Shown in pieces: positions 16,703 through 26,410 of a stretch of 59,598 nt of DNA; position 1 is the stretch's first letter; each line of letters begins with the position of its first letter. The position numbers were made by a program, and so were the translations under genes. The DNA is taken from the IMG/VR virus record IMGVR_UViG_3300034782_000053; one strand, given 5' to 3'. The stretch is from a virus. The notes beneath the pieces are model-generated. The model saw only the letters and a list, made by a program, of their open reading frames with translations. It searched no databases and had not been told where the DNA came from.

Positions 16703-18388
16703 TCATCGCCTCACGTAGGTTAGTAGCTCATTTATGGTCTCTCCGAGCCGCTGTGTCGCCGCCTGAAGGGGCGTAACCGTGAAGGGGTTGTAGACCTTTT
16801 CCTCTGGCCAGCCCTCGACAGCGTCGAAAACAGCGTTTGCGACGGCGATGATTACGTCGTAGGAGGAAAGCGCCGCCGCCTTGATCGGCTCAGGCATGTC
16901 TTCCTGCGCTTCGACATGAGCGCGCTTCAGCTCGGCGAGAACGACCAGCGGAGGAGCAACGTCTCGGATGTTCTCGACTGATCTCTCGACGTAGGGGAGC
17001 TGGTCCGGCGTCGGGTCGTTGAATTTCTCCTGAGTATCCCGATGCCAGCCGTACTCATACCACTTCCACACCCACATGTTGATGATGCCCAGCTCCTCTT
17101 TGAGATGGGCCACCTCGTAGACAAGGGAATACTGCCACCTCGCCCACTCGTCTTGCCCTGAGTCTCCTCGCCTGGTCAGCTTTCCGAGAGAGCCAAGGAT
17201 GCAGTGAGCAGCCTCAGCGATGTTCTGGGCGCCCAGCTCCAGCATGGTTGCGGATCCGAAGTTGCCGCCCTCAGGCATGCCGCCGTACATCTCGGTGCGG
17301 AGCGGGCATTTCCACTCTTGCGGGTTCTCGTCTGGTGATTCGCGTGATGCAAGGAGCCACTGGGTCTGCATCCACCCCTGGCCAAACTTATCGATCTGCG
17401 GGTGTTTGTGCATCTCTTCACGCCACACGCTCTCGTCGCCTACTTTCTTCCACGGGCTGGCATAGGGCGAAGAAAGATATTCCTGAACTTCGTAGGAACT
17501 CAGCTCGTCGTTTTGAATGCGCACCTCTGTGATAGTCTCTTCGTTTTCGAGCATCGCATGAGCCAGCGCCTCGATCGCCTTCAAGATCTTCACGTTAGCC
17601 TTGCGCGTCCTGTAGATGGTCTGGACCGCGTCGATGACGACGATGGGTCCGGGCTCGACCTCGACCATCTCCATACGAGTTCCGCCCGGCCTCGTTCCGC
17701 CCTCTACCTCTTCGTAGACCCCCTGAGTTCGCCAGGCCCACGCGATGGCAACGGGTTTGTTTCGCCTCTTTTCAACTTTGGAGACGAGATAGAGGCGAGC
17801 GTGGGGACTTTCTATGGTGTCCCAGGCGTATTCGGGGCGGCTCGAACCAGAAACCGACCAATCAAAGATGTCATCAAAGAAGGCGACCCGCGGGTCGATC
17901 GATTCGAGCATCTCGACGCGGTACCCATCGAAGTTGATGATAACGTCTGGCATCGTGTTGTCGAAAAAAGCGCTCCTTGCCTCCGTTACCCACAGCTCTG
18001 CAGCCTCTTCGAGTGGCATCTTCCTCTGCCCGATGTAGACGCCGTCGTCGTGCCCTCGCTCGATGGCCCGCTCGATGAAGTTTCGCCTCCAACCAAGCTC
18101 GATCAGCTCCGCGGGCTCGTCTCCCGTCCATTTTTTGCCGATTCCCTGTTGTTGAACCGCATCGTCGACGACGCGGATCATCTCGATGTCGGTGGCGATA
18201 CCATCATCTATTCCATGCTCGGTGTAGGCCCTTGTGATGCGAGCCCACAGCGGCAGCGGATAGCCCATCTCTTCGAGGACCAGCGCTTCTTCGGCGTCCT
18301 CGTCACTGAAGTCGGTCTTGCCGATCCAGCGGCCTGGAAGCAGCTCGATGCGCTTGCCATCTTCTGGCATCCTCAGGACGAGTCCCAT
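16703..18388 (-). CDS. EMGY-domain family paralog 6 (561 aa, largest member)
   Basis: MGLVLRMPEDGKRIELLPGRWIGKTDFSDEDAEEALVLEEMGYPLP. Long unique C-terminal region. Confidence 0.8.
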   Translation of the reverse strand: MGLVLRMPEDGKRIELLPGRWIGKTDFSDEDAEEALVLEEMGYPLPLWARITRAYTEHGIDDGIATDIEMIRVVDDAVQQQGIGKKWTGDEPAELIELGWRRNFIERAIERGHDDGVYIGQRKMPLEEAAELWVTEARSAFFDNTMPDVIINFDGYRVEMLESIDPRVAFFDDIFDWSVSGSSRPEYAWDTIESPHARLYLVSKVEKRRNKPVAIAWAWRTQGVYEEVEGGTRPGGTRMEMVEVEPGPIVVIDAVQTIYRTRKANVKILKAIEALAHAMLENEETITEVRIQNDELSSYEVQEYLSSPYASPWKKVGDESVWREEMHKHPQIDKFGQGWMQTQWLLASRESPDENPQEWKCPLRTEMYGGMPEGGNFGSATMLELGAQNIAEAAHCILGSLGKLTRRGDSGQDEWARWQYSLVYEVAHLKEELGIINMWVWKWYEYGWHRDTQEKFNDPTPDQLPYVERSVENIRDVAPPLVVLAELKRAHVEAQEDMPEPIKAAALSSYDVIIAVANAVFDAVEGWPEEKVYNPFTVTPLQAATQRLGETINELLTYVRR

Positions 18389-19476
18389 CAGTCCACCTCT
18401 ACCCAGAACGACTTACTTGATAACTTTGCTCCTCCAGCGCTCTTATGGCGGGTAATCTTTCGTGTTTTAGAGACAATCTCCCAGTCTGGACTCACCATAA
18501 AGATCTTGCCGGGGTCCATGTAGTCGAAGTCGTCATCAATTTCAAACACCGGAGGGGAAGGGTTTGTTTTTTTCGCACGCAACACGAATCGTACCCAGCT
18601 CCCACTACGGGGATTGACAATAAACCGATCAATGTAGTCAAGCGCTGCACGAGCAGCCTCTTCGCTGTTGTAGTAAGCGAAGAAGATTTCAAAGGGTTCA
18701 GCGATGGACACGGCCCATCGCCCGTCATGCTGTCCTTCAAGCGGAGAGTACTCCCAGCCTTGATAGACCCAGGGCTCCTCCAGCTCGCACGACCCCTTGT
18801 ATCCGCCCGTGATCCCGTTGAGCAATGCCTTCAGGTTGCGCTGCTCATCCAGCTCTTTGAAGGTAGTCTCGTCATCCAGGCCAGATGACCACTCGACGCT
18901 ATCGTTGACGAAGTCTCCCTCGTACTTGCCGTAATACCACTCATTCCAGGAGACCGCCTCTTTGCCGCCAATCTGCAGAGATGCCCGGCACTTTCCCTCC
19001 ACCAAGGAACCAGGCATTTCGGCCCCCTCCTCGATGGTCATATTTCCACCATCCTCAGGACGTATTTCAAACACTGTCGTCTGACTGACGAGCCCGCCGA
19101 GCTTCTTCAAGATGTCTCGTTGGTTTTCCCAGTCCACCTCGAAATAATTGACAATGTGAAACACCGCCTCGGTGATGTCCTCTTCCCACTCTGGACCGTA
19201 CCGCGCCTCGATCGTTTTCGGGTCCGCGTTCTCCAAGAACGAGTTGAGCCTCCCTGGGTCGACGAACAATGCAGCGAGCCCGTGTTCGTTGTAGCTCTGG
19301 ACAAGCTCTGCAATCGGCGACAGCTCGTAACCCATCTCGCCGAGTACGATCTCTTCCTCAAGCTCCTCCTGTGTGTAGCCGGCGACGTCGAGTCCTTCCT
19401 GTGAGACGTAGCAGAAGACCATCTCCGAGATGAGGTCGCTCTCGTCGATCACGAATTCGACGCCCGAGTAATTCAT
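18388..19476 (-). CDS. EMGY-domain family paralog 7 (362 aa)
   Basis: ...DVAGYTQEELEEEIVLGEMGYELSP. ATG 19476. ATGA overlap. Confidence 0.8.
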   Translation of the reverse strand: MNYSGVEFVIDESDLISEMVFCYVSQEGLDVAGYTQEELEEEIVLGEMGYELSPIAELVQSYNEHGLAALFVDPGRLNSFLENADPKTIEARYGPEWEEDITEAVFHIVNYFEVDWENQRDILKKLGGLVSQTTVFEIRPEDGGNMTIEEGAEMPGSLVEGKCRASLQIGGKEAVSWNEWYYGKYEGDFVNDSVEWSSGLDDETTFKELDEQRNLKALLNGITGGYKGSCELEEPWVYQGWEYSPLEGQHDGRWAVSIAEPFEIFFAYYNSEEAARAALDYIDRFIVNPRSGSWVRFVLRAKKTNPSPPVFEIDDDFDYMDPGKIFMVSPDWEIVSKTRKITRHKSAGGAKLSSKSFWVEVD

Positions 19477-20213
19477 CGTCCAAAGTCTCCCGTTTCCCAG
19501 GGCATCACGGACGGAAACGTCATTTGGGGGTACGGTTTGCCTTTCAACTCAGCGTCCATCACCTTGTAGATGCGTTTGATCTGCCATAGCGTTGTCTTTT
19601 TTGACCAAGATGGGAACATTGACGCGTTGATGTGGGCGTAATTCGATGCCCCGAAGACGCCTCCTCTGATTGGAAGCACACCCCCCGAGCCAACCAACCT
19701 CTGGACAGCATTGAGAGCTTGACGGACTGACATCGTGGCCCCATTACCGACCTGCTTGCCGACCAATGTCATCATCGATGTGTATCGAGATGGTTTCCCT
19801 GGATATTCGTATTCTCTGGCAAATTTTCTTTCTATTTTCTGAACCTGCGCCTTTGCATCTATGAGGGCCTGGAACGAAGCCCCTGAAACAGCTTTCTCGC
19901 GACCGATACTCACGGCTTTCCGCAGCAGCGCTGTAAGCTCATCGGGATAAAGACGGCCAAAAACAGGGATGACATACTCAGCGAAATCCAAACCGAGGAG
20001 CACGGTCAGGGTGCGTGACTGCACTATGAACTCGATCAGGAACTGCACTGGCCAATTGTCGATTAAAACGAACTTGGAAAAGCACTCGGATGGCTCATAT
20101 CCCATCTCGACGAGCGTTGCTTCTTCCTCAAAAGGATAATCAGTGAGGATCTCACCGTCGGGCTTCAGCTCGACATCGTACTCCTCCCCACCGCATTCGA
20201 CCTCGAAGATCAT
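19473..20213 (-). CDS. EMGY-domain family paralog 8 (246 aa)
   Basis: MIFEVECGGEEYDVELKPDGEILTDYPFEEEATLVEMGYEPSEC. Confidence 0.8.
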   Translation of the reverse strand: MIFEVECGGEEYDVELKPDGEILTDYPFEEEATLVEMGYEPSECFSKFVLIDNWPVQFLIEFIVQSRTLTVLLGLDFAEYVIPVFGRLYPDELTALLRKAVSIGREKAVSGASFQALIDAKAQVQKIERKFAREYEYPGKPSRYTSMMTLVGKQVGNGATMSVRQALNAVQRLVGSGGVLPIRGGVFGASNYAHINASMFPSWSKKTTLWQIKRIYKVMDAELKGKPYPQMTFPSVMPWETGDFGR

Positions 20214-21361
20214 TCATCCTCCAATAGAGCCCACTCATCCATCCAGTCTGGACGGTCAAGAATTTCCTCCTCGAACAGTGACTCCTGTCGCGCCCGAAAT
20301 TCTTCCTCCTCTATCTCCTCGTCAGTCTTCTTGCGCAGCAGCGCGATGTCATACTTCTTCTGTTCACCGTCGCGCCTGATGATCGCCTCGGAAAGCCACA
20401 CTGCGTCTCTCGCTTCGTGAAGCTCGTTATAGGCAACGACGACCTCCTCATCGACGCCAAGGCGAACGTCGCCCTCACCTGAAACCCACTTCGTGTCGTA
20501 GATGGTGTAGAGGACACCGTAGTCCGCCAGAAATTCGTCATCGGCCGGCGTGGGGTGGTCTGGTTCTTCGACCTCCTCCTCTTCAGGACCGGGCTCTTCC
20601 AGTCCAAGGCCATTGAGAGCATCTGACAACCCCTGACCAATGGTGTGTCCAGCGGCGTCATACTCTTCCCAGTCAGTGGCTTCGCTATAAAAGTGAATAG
20701 GATCGAAGATTCGCTTCTCGATCGCCCGCTTCCAACTAGCGATATCTTCATTGTCAACAACAAGGGTGTACTCGCAATCGAGCCGGCTTTCCCAGTCCTC
20801 AAGTCCGTAGGCGTGGAAGCACGAGGACTCTATGCGAGCGCCCTCTTCAAGCCTCGTCGAAAGCAGGCTGGCAAGCTCTTCAGCATAGACGCCATCGAAG
20901 CCGTGTTTTCCAGCCTCTTGCTTCAGCCGCTCGATCAGCAGTTCCTTGAATCGGTCCTCACCAATCACAGAGACGATCAAGTCTTCGACATCTCGTTTGC
21001 CCTTGAGCTGCTGCTCGATGAGCACGCTGAACAGTTTTTCTGCTTTGAACTCTGGGCCGTACTCTTCAATGCCCTGCTCTTCGATAGCATCGGCTAGGGC
21101 ATCTGCCCAATCGTCGTCATAGACGCCGTGCAGGAGAAGGTTCTTGAGCGCAGTGACGGGACCACCCTCCGCACCTTCCGTGAACGCCTGGTAGAACTCG
21201 AACGGCTCGTCCTCGACTTCGTAGCCCATCTCATTGAGGGTGAGCGCATTTTCGATATCGTAGCCGCGGACTTCGATGGTACCGTCCGCTGAAATATCGA
21301 TCTCGACGTCGATATCTTCTCCGTCTTCTTCCTCGAAGGGCAATATGATTGTCAGTGGCAT
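20210..21361 (-). CDS. EMGY-domain family paralog 9 (383 aa, strongly acidic C-terminal half)
   Basis: ...RGYDIENALTLNEMGYEVED. C-terminal region similar to paralogs 10 and 14. Confidence 0.8.
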   Translation of the reverse strand: MPLTIILPFEEEDGEDIDVEIDISADGTIEVRGYDIENALTLNEMGYEVEDEPFEFYQAFTEGAEGGPVTALKNLLLHGVYDDDWADALADAIEEQGIEEYGPEFKAEKLFSVLIEQQLKGKRDVEDLIVSVIGEDRFKELLIERLKQEAGKHGFDGVYAEELASLLSTRLEEGARIESSCFHAYGLEDWESRLDCEYTLVVDNEDIASWKRAIEKRIFDPIHFYSEATDWEEYDAAGHTIGQGLSDALNGLGLEEPGPEEEEVEEPDHPTPADDEFLADYGVLYTIYDTKWVSGEGDVRLGVDEEVVVAYNELHEARDAVWLSEAIIRRDGEQKKYDIALLRKKTDEEIEEEEFRARQESLFEEEILDRPDWMDEWALLEDE

Positions 21362-21364
21362 CTG

Positions 21365-22495
21365 CTAATCCTCGTCCTCCAGTATGACCCAGTCTTTGGT
21401 CCATTCCGGAGGCTCCTCGAACTCGAAAAGAACACCCTGTCTTTCCAGCAATTCATCCTCGCGACGCTCATCTGCGGACTTTTCTCTTACCAGCCACATC
21501 GCACGGATTGGGGAGTCGCCTTCATGTTCGACAATCGTCTCCGAAAGTTCCTTCGCCTCGGTGGCATGGAATAGCGTGTCATACGGAACGACCGTGTATT
21601 CAACGGGTGCGTCAGGCTTCCATCCCGCTGGGTCAATCTCGTAGAGCACCCCGTGCCAAGGATGGGGATCTTTGGCTGTCGCCTTCATGGGATAATCGGG
21701 CGGCTCTGGGTCTTCCAGCTCAGGCTCGTCAAGGCCAAGCTCATTCAGCACACCGCTGACGTTATCGGGCAGCTTCGCTTCTTCGATGCCCCACTCCTCG
21801 CCCCAGTCAACGACCTCCCCGTTGAATCCGACGGGGTCATATATCCTGAATTCAAGGGTGCGAGACCAGCACGCAACCTCGATGTCCGAGATGACAAGAC
21901 AGTAGCGAGCATCGAGGATGTTGTTCCATGACATGACATTCGGATCGTAGACGTCGCGATAGCCCTGATGACGAACCTCGACCTCCATGTGGTCTGGTTC
22001 GACGAGGTAGGGCTCAAGCATCTGCGCGACCTCGCCCGATTCACCTTTTCCGTAAAATCTCTTCCCTGCCTGCTCCTCAGCGATGCGATCCTTGAGCAGG
22101 AGGATGCCTTGCCTCACGTATTCGTCTTCGCCAAGGATCGCGTAGTGAGCTTCTTGTGCATCCCAGTCGGACTCGTCGGAATCGGTCCCCTCGAAGAACC
22201 GCTTGAAGAGAATCTTGGAGACGAGCTGTGCTGTTTGTTCAGCCGTGAGCTTGGTCCTCGGCCTCACCTTCTTGAGCGCGTCGAAAAAATCTTTCTCGTA
22301 CTTCTCTAGCGCCCTGACGATTCCAAGAACCGGCGAGGTTTCGTAGCCCATCTCTTCGAGGACGATAGCTTCTTCCAGATCGAAATCGCCCACGTCCAGG
22401 GTGCGATCCATGAGGTAGTGCACCTCGACGGGAACCACTTCCTCGTTGTCTTCGTCCCAAAGGTTCAGGGTCAGAGTTGCGTGGATGGGAGACAT
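21365..22495 (-). CDS. EMGY-domain family paralog 10 (376 aa, acidic)
   Basis: Internal ATG 22495 adjacent to the upstream stop. ...GDFDLEEAIVLEEMGYETSP. Confidence 0.8.
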   Translation of the reverse strand: MSPIHATLTLNLWDEDNEEVVPVEVHYLMDRTLDVGDFDLEEAIVLEEMGYETSPVLGIVRALEKYEKDFFDALKKVRPRTKLTAEQTAQLVSKILFKRFFEGTDSDESDWDAQEAHYAILGEDEYVRQGILLLKDRIAEEQAGKRFYGKGESGEVAQMLEPYLVEPDHMEVEVRHQGYRDVYDPNVMSWNNILDARYCLVISDIEVACWSRTLEFRIYDPVGFNGEVVDWGEEWGIEEAKLPDNVSGVLNELGLDEPELEDPEPPDYPMKATAKDPHPWHGVLYEIDPAGWKPDAPVEYTVVPYDTLFHATEAKELSETIVEHEGDSPIRAMWLVREKSADERREDELLERQGVLFEFEEPPEWTKDWVILEDED

Positions 22496-22497
22496 GG

Positions 22498-23541
22498 CTA
22501 TCCGCTCCTGATTTCGTAATAGTAGTACATGTCGTCGTAGTTGATGTCGTCTTCCTCGGGGTTCCACTCATCCGGGTCGATCGCCATCAGCTCGATCTCG
22601 GCCCCCTGAGACTTGTAGTCCTTGGCATCGCGCAGGGCGTCGAAAAGAAACTCCGCGTCCTCCTGGCCCCAACATGTCATCACGCGTTCTCCATCGACAA
22701 AAACAGAGAAGTAGCCCTTGTCCTCGTTGCAGTAGGGAAGCCACGGCTCTTCCAGGTCAAGGTAGTCTTCGAAGTCTGTATTCTCCCCCATGACTTCGAG
22801 CAGGTGAGCGGCGTTGTCGCTGAGGCTCATTGAGTTTTCGCACTCATCCACGTCCCAGCCAAGACCGACAAGATCGTTGAACCATCCTTCAAAGCAGACG
22901 TTGATGTCCTCTACTATCTCATCAGCGACATGAAGCTCAACCAGCAGCTCAGCCTTGATGTGTCCGGCGCCTTTTTCGTACTTCGGAGTTCCAAACTCCA
23001 ACCGGTAAAGGGTCGAGTTCGTCGCGGGGTCTAGCCTCTTTATGAAATCAATATCCTCCTGCTCGTAAGCGGACGATACCAGCTCCATCTCTCGATCGAG
23101 GTATCCTCTGGTTTGAAAAAACTCTGGCCACTTGTCCTTGATGATTTCGAGGATGACATCGTTATCCATCTCGCTACGAATATTGGTCATCGCAACTTCT
23201 TGAACCAAAAAATCCATCAACACCTCGGCAAAGTCTTCATCGTCGACCGGATACTCATCACCGAGTGTTTCAACACCCTGATCGTAGATTGCTTCCATAA
23301 ATGGCTCGAATCGACCTTGCTTTTTGAAGATGCTGACGATGCCGCCCTTCTCAACGCTGATTTTGAAACCGATACAGTCGGGAAGGTCGTAGCCCATCTC
23401 GTCGAGCACGATATGCTCTTCGACATCGATCTCCGGAGGAAGCTCGACGAGCATCTCACCTGTTCTGGTGTCGGCTGTGATGTGCACGATGACGTTGCCC
23501 TCGTCATACAGCTCGCAGGGTATTGTGACCTTCAGCGCCAT
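22498..23541 (-). CDS. EMGY-domain family paralog 11 (347 aa)
   Basis: MALKVTIPCELYDEGNVIVHI...EIDVEEHIVLDEMGYDLPDC. Close duplicate of paralog 12. Confidence 0.8.
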   Translation of the reverse strand: MALKVTIPCELYDEGNVIVHITADTRTGEMLVELPPEIDVEEHIVLDEMGYDLPDCIGFKISVEKGGIVSIFKKQGRFEPFMEAIYDQGVETLGDEYPVDDEDFAEVLMDFLVQEVAMTNIRSEMDNDVILEIIKDKWPEFFQTRGYLDREMELVSSAYEQEDIDFIKRLDPATNSTLYRLEFGTPKYEKGAGHIKAELLVELHVADEIVEDINVCFEGWFNDLVGLGWDVDECENSMSLSDNAAHLLEVMGENTDFEDYLDLEEPWLPYCNEDKGYFSVFVDGERVMTCWGQEDAEFLFDALRDAKDYKSQGAEIELMAIDPDEWNPEEDDINYDDMYYYYEIRSG

Positions 23542-23543
23542 GA

Positions 23544-24590
23544 CTACGACCTCATCGTGAAGTAGTTACCTGGATCGTCGAGGTCGATGTCGTCCTCTTC
23601 AGGATCTAGCTCGTCGTCGAGTTCCATCAAAGCAATGGAGTCATGCTTGTTCTGCACGTCCCTTGAATCTTCGAGGGCGTCAAAGAGGTTGTCAGCATCG
23701 CTGTAGTCGTCAAACGTCGCGACCCTTACATCGTTAACGAAAACCGAATATCGGCCCTCACCCTCATCGTAGGGGACATCAGGTTCGTAAAGACGAAACT
23801 CGGACTCGAAGTCCGTTCCTTCTCCCATAGTGTCGAGAAAATCTTCGGCCGTCGCCGTGGGCTCCCCGTGCTCGTCGCACTGCTCGACTTCCCAATCGAG
23901 CATTTCGAGGTCTACGTATCCGAGATAACAAACGTCCCACTCATCTACGGTCTCCTCACCGACTGTCAGTGTGACGAACCCCATGACCTTCGCATGTCCT
24001 GGGCCGTCCGAAGACGACGTCTCTTGTACGTTCACCTCGTATAGCGTCGACTGGGTGACCTCATCGAGCTTTTTGATGAAGTCATGCTCCTCATTCTCGT
24101 AGGCGAGCCGAACCAGCTCCATCTCCTTGTCATGGTAGGCGTTTGTCTTGAAGAACCCCTCCCAGTGTTCTTTGATGATCTCAACAACCAGCTCGAAGTC
24201 CATGTCCGTCTTGACGTCCGAGCCATGGGCCATCGCATCTACGAGAAGAATAGCTAATGCACCAGCGACAGCTTCTTCGTCGACCTCCCAGGTCTCCTTG
24301 TCTCCGATTGCCTGCGGTCCCTGCGCCTCGATGGCCTCGAAGAATGCCTGGAAGTACTCCTCTTTGGAAAAGATGTTTCTGAGACCATGACCCTTCTCGA
24401 CGTCCACCTTGAACTGGACGCAGTCGGGGAGATCGTAGCCCATCTCGGCGAGGGTGAGGTGCTCATCCACGTCGATCTCTTCTGGCAGTTCGACGAGAAA
24501 TGAGTTGCTGTAGGGGTCATCGAGAGAGACAATCGCTTCGACCTCGCCTTCTTCGACCAGCTCACAGGGAATCTTGACTCTCAGCGCCAT
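23544..24590 (-). CDS. EMGY-domain family paralog 12 (348 aa)
   Basis: MALRVKIPCELVEEGEVEAIV...EIDVDEHLTLAEMGYDLPDC. Confidence 0.8.
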   Translation of the reverse strand: MALRVKIPCELVEEGEVEAIVSLDDPYSNSFLVELPEEIDVDEHLTLAEMGYDLPDCVQFKVDVEKGHGLRNIFSKEEYFQAFFEAIEAQGPQAIGDKETWEVDEEAVAGALAILLVDAMAHGSDVKTDMDFELVVEIIKEHWEGFFKTNAYHDKEMELVRLAYENEEHDFIKKLDEVTQSTLYEVNVQETSSSDGPGHAKVMGFVTLTVGEETVDEWDVCYLGYVDLEMLDWEVEQCDEHGEPTATAEDFLDTMGEGTDFESEFRLYEPDVPYDEGEGRYSVFVNDVRVATFDDYSDADNLFDALEDSRDVQNKHDSIALMELDDELDPEEDDIDLDDPGNYFTMRS

Positions 24591-24602
24591 GGTTCTTCTC
24601 CC

Positions 24603-25328
24603 TCAGTCAGAAAAATCTTCTTCCAGTTGCTGCTCTTCGAGCAGCTCGATGAGCCGGCTCGCCTGCCAGGCGTTTTCTCTAGTCCCTGCTTTCGTTCGAT
24701 CTTTACCCTGAAAATCAGCCTTTTCCTGAACTGCCCCGACACACTTTCCCAGTACATCCTTTATGCGCCTCTCATATTTTGACTGTGCGCCGCGAGGAAA
24801 ATACCAGGGGCGAATATGAAAAAGACGGGCCATTCTGATGAGGTCGAGTGCCGCGTTACAGGCCGCTTTCGCTGCCCTATCGTCGTCTTTGGATCCTCGT
24901 CTCCAAGCATCTGCCGCCGCATCATCGCATGCTATGACGAGATCGGACTCAAGCTCGTCAATCTCTTCCTCGTCAACATGTTCGCCGCTTAGAACAGCCT
25001 TAACCATCCCAATAATTTGCTGGGGCTCATCGCGCTTTGGATGAACCGCTGCCCAGCAAGGGATGACTCGCTCCAATTGCTCCACTCCAATCCGAAGCAA
25101 CAAATCAGCATCGAGCCCAGAATCAATGAGGTTAATGACGAGGACCGCTGGCTGGTCTTGCATGACACGCTTGAGGTTGAGGCAAGGATGGACATTGTAG
25201 CCCATCTCTTCGAGGACAATGGCCTCTTCCTCATCAAAATCAAGGATGGTGATATCGAGGCCGCGAGTGATCTCGAACTCTTTGGACCTTCCCTCGTAGT
25301 CGCAGAATATTTCAAGGACCACGCTCAT
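24603..25328 (-). CDS. EMGY-domain family paralog 13 (241 aa)
   Basis: MSVVLEIFCDYEGRSKEFEITRGLDITILDFDEEEAIVLEEMGYNVHPC. Confidence 0.8.
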   Translation of the reverse strand: MSVVLEIFCDYEGRSKEFEITRGLDITILDFDEEEAIVLEEMGYNVHPCLNLKRVMQDQPAVLVINLIDSGLDADLLLRIGVEQLERVIPCWAAVHPKRDEPQQIIGMVKAVLSGEHVDEEEIDELESDLVIACDDAAADAWRRGSKDDDRAAKAACNAALDLIRMARLFHIRPWYFPRGAQSKYERRIKDVLGKCVGAVQEKADFQGKDRTKAGTRENAWQASRLIELLEEQQLEEDFSD

Positions 25329-25330
25329 GC

Positions 25331-26410
25331 TCAGCCCTCAAAATCCTCAGGACGATCTTGCCAGTTCTCTTCCAGGGGGCGCCACTCCAGATAGATGGGA
25401 TCGGGCTCTTCGACCTCCTGGGTAGCGCCACCGTTGAAAAGCCTGTACTGACGTCTCAGCGCGGCACGGTCTTTGGCCTCTTCGATGTCCTCGGCCTCTT
25501 CAGAAGGAGTACGACGCCGCACAAGAGACACCTCTACACTGTCTCCTGTTTCTCCTATCATCTTTTGCGCCAGTGCAGCCGCTTCGCTTGCGTCGCTTTC
25601 TCTGGCGTAAATGACGACCTCGACCTCAACCTCGGGTTCTTCGAGCTTCCCCTTGGTCGGATGCCAATAGGTCATCTCTTCGTACATCACCCCGAATAGC
25701 TCGTCGCTGTCTTCGTCTTCTGGCCTGGGAACGTAAAGATCGTCTTCGTCTGGCCCCTCTGGCTCTTCATCTTCAAGACCAAGCGCTTCAAGAACTTCTG
25801 TGAGCCCTTCGACCATTTCAGGGCCAATCTCAAGCCCAGCTTCTCTGAGGTCTGTCAGATCCGAATCAAAATACTTGTAGCTGTACGACGACCTCTCAAC
25901 AGCGTGCTCCCACTGAGCAATTTCCTCTCCGTCGATCATCAGCCGATGTGTCTCGTATCGAACCACTCGCGGATACCCGAATTGGTCTTCGCTGAGATGC
26001 GACTCTACCGTTATCTCTGGCATATCATTCAGGGACCACGGCATCTCCTTGATGACGCTGGCGACCGCAACGGCGTCGTCCGTGTATTCCTTGTTCATGT
26101 AGTGCTGAAGAGCGAGGACAAGGGCACTCTTGACATCATCGATGTCGAACGGCCACAGGCTTCGTCCGACGTAATAATCGTACTGGGTGCGTTTTCCCTG
26201 AAGCGCTTCGATGAAATCATCGAGCTGCCCTTCTTCCTTGAGGGCCTGGAGAACGAGGTCCCACGACTTAACAATCCAATAGTCGAGTCCCAGCTCATAG
26301 CCCATCTCGGCAAGGACAGCTTGCTCCTCCGGGTCATAGCCAGGGACTTCGAGACTTCCGTCGTCATGAATTATCGCGTCGAAGTCGCCGATTTTTATTT
26401 CGTAGGCCAT
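25331..26410 (-). CDS. EMGY-domain family paralog 14 (359 aa, acidic C-terminal)
   Basis: ATG 26410 (TGATG overlap). MAYEIKIGDFDAIIHDDGSLEVPGYDPEEQAVLAEMGYELG. Confidence 0.8.
   Translation of the reverse strand: MAYEIKIGDFDAIIHDDGSLEVPGYDPEEQAVLAEMGYELGLDYWIVKSWDLVLQALKEEGQLDDFIEALQGKRTQYDYYVGRSLWPFDIDDVKSALVLALQHYMNKEYTDDAVAVASVIKEMPWSLNDMPEITVESHLSEDQFGYPRVVRYETHRLMIDGEEIAQWEHAVERSSYSYKYFDSDLTDLREAGLEIGPEMVEGLTEVLEALGLEDEEPEGPDEDDLYVPRPEDEDSDELFGVMYEEMTYWHPTKGKLEEPEVEVEVVIYARESDASEAAALAQKMIGETGDSVEVSLVRRRTPSEEAEDIEEAKDRAALRRQYRLFNGGATQEVEEPDPIYLEWRPLEENWQDRPEDFEG

Noticed and set aside
18368-18380. The 13-mer inside coding regions acting as SD + start (GAGGATG)
   Set aside because: GAGG abuts the ATG with zero spacer, incompatible with SD spacing. 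In 16703..18388 the upstream ATG at 18388 gives a better family-consistent N-terminus.
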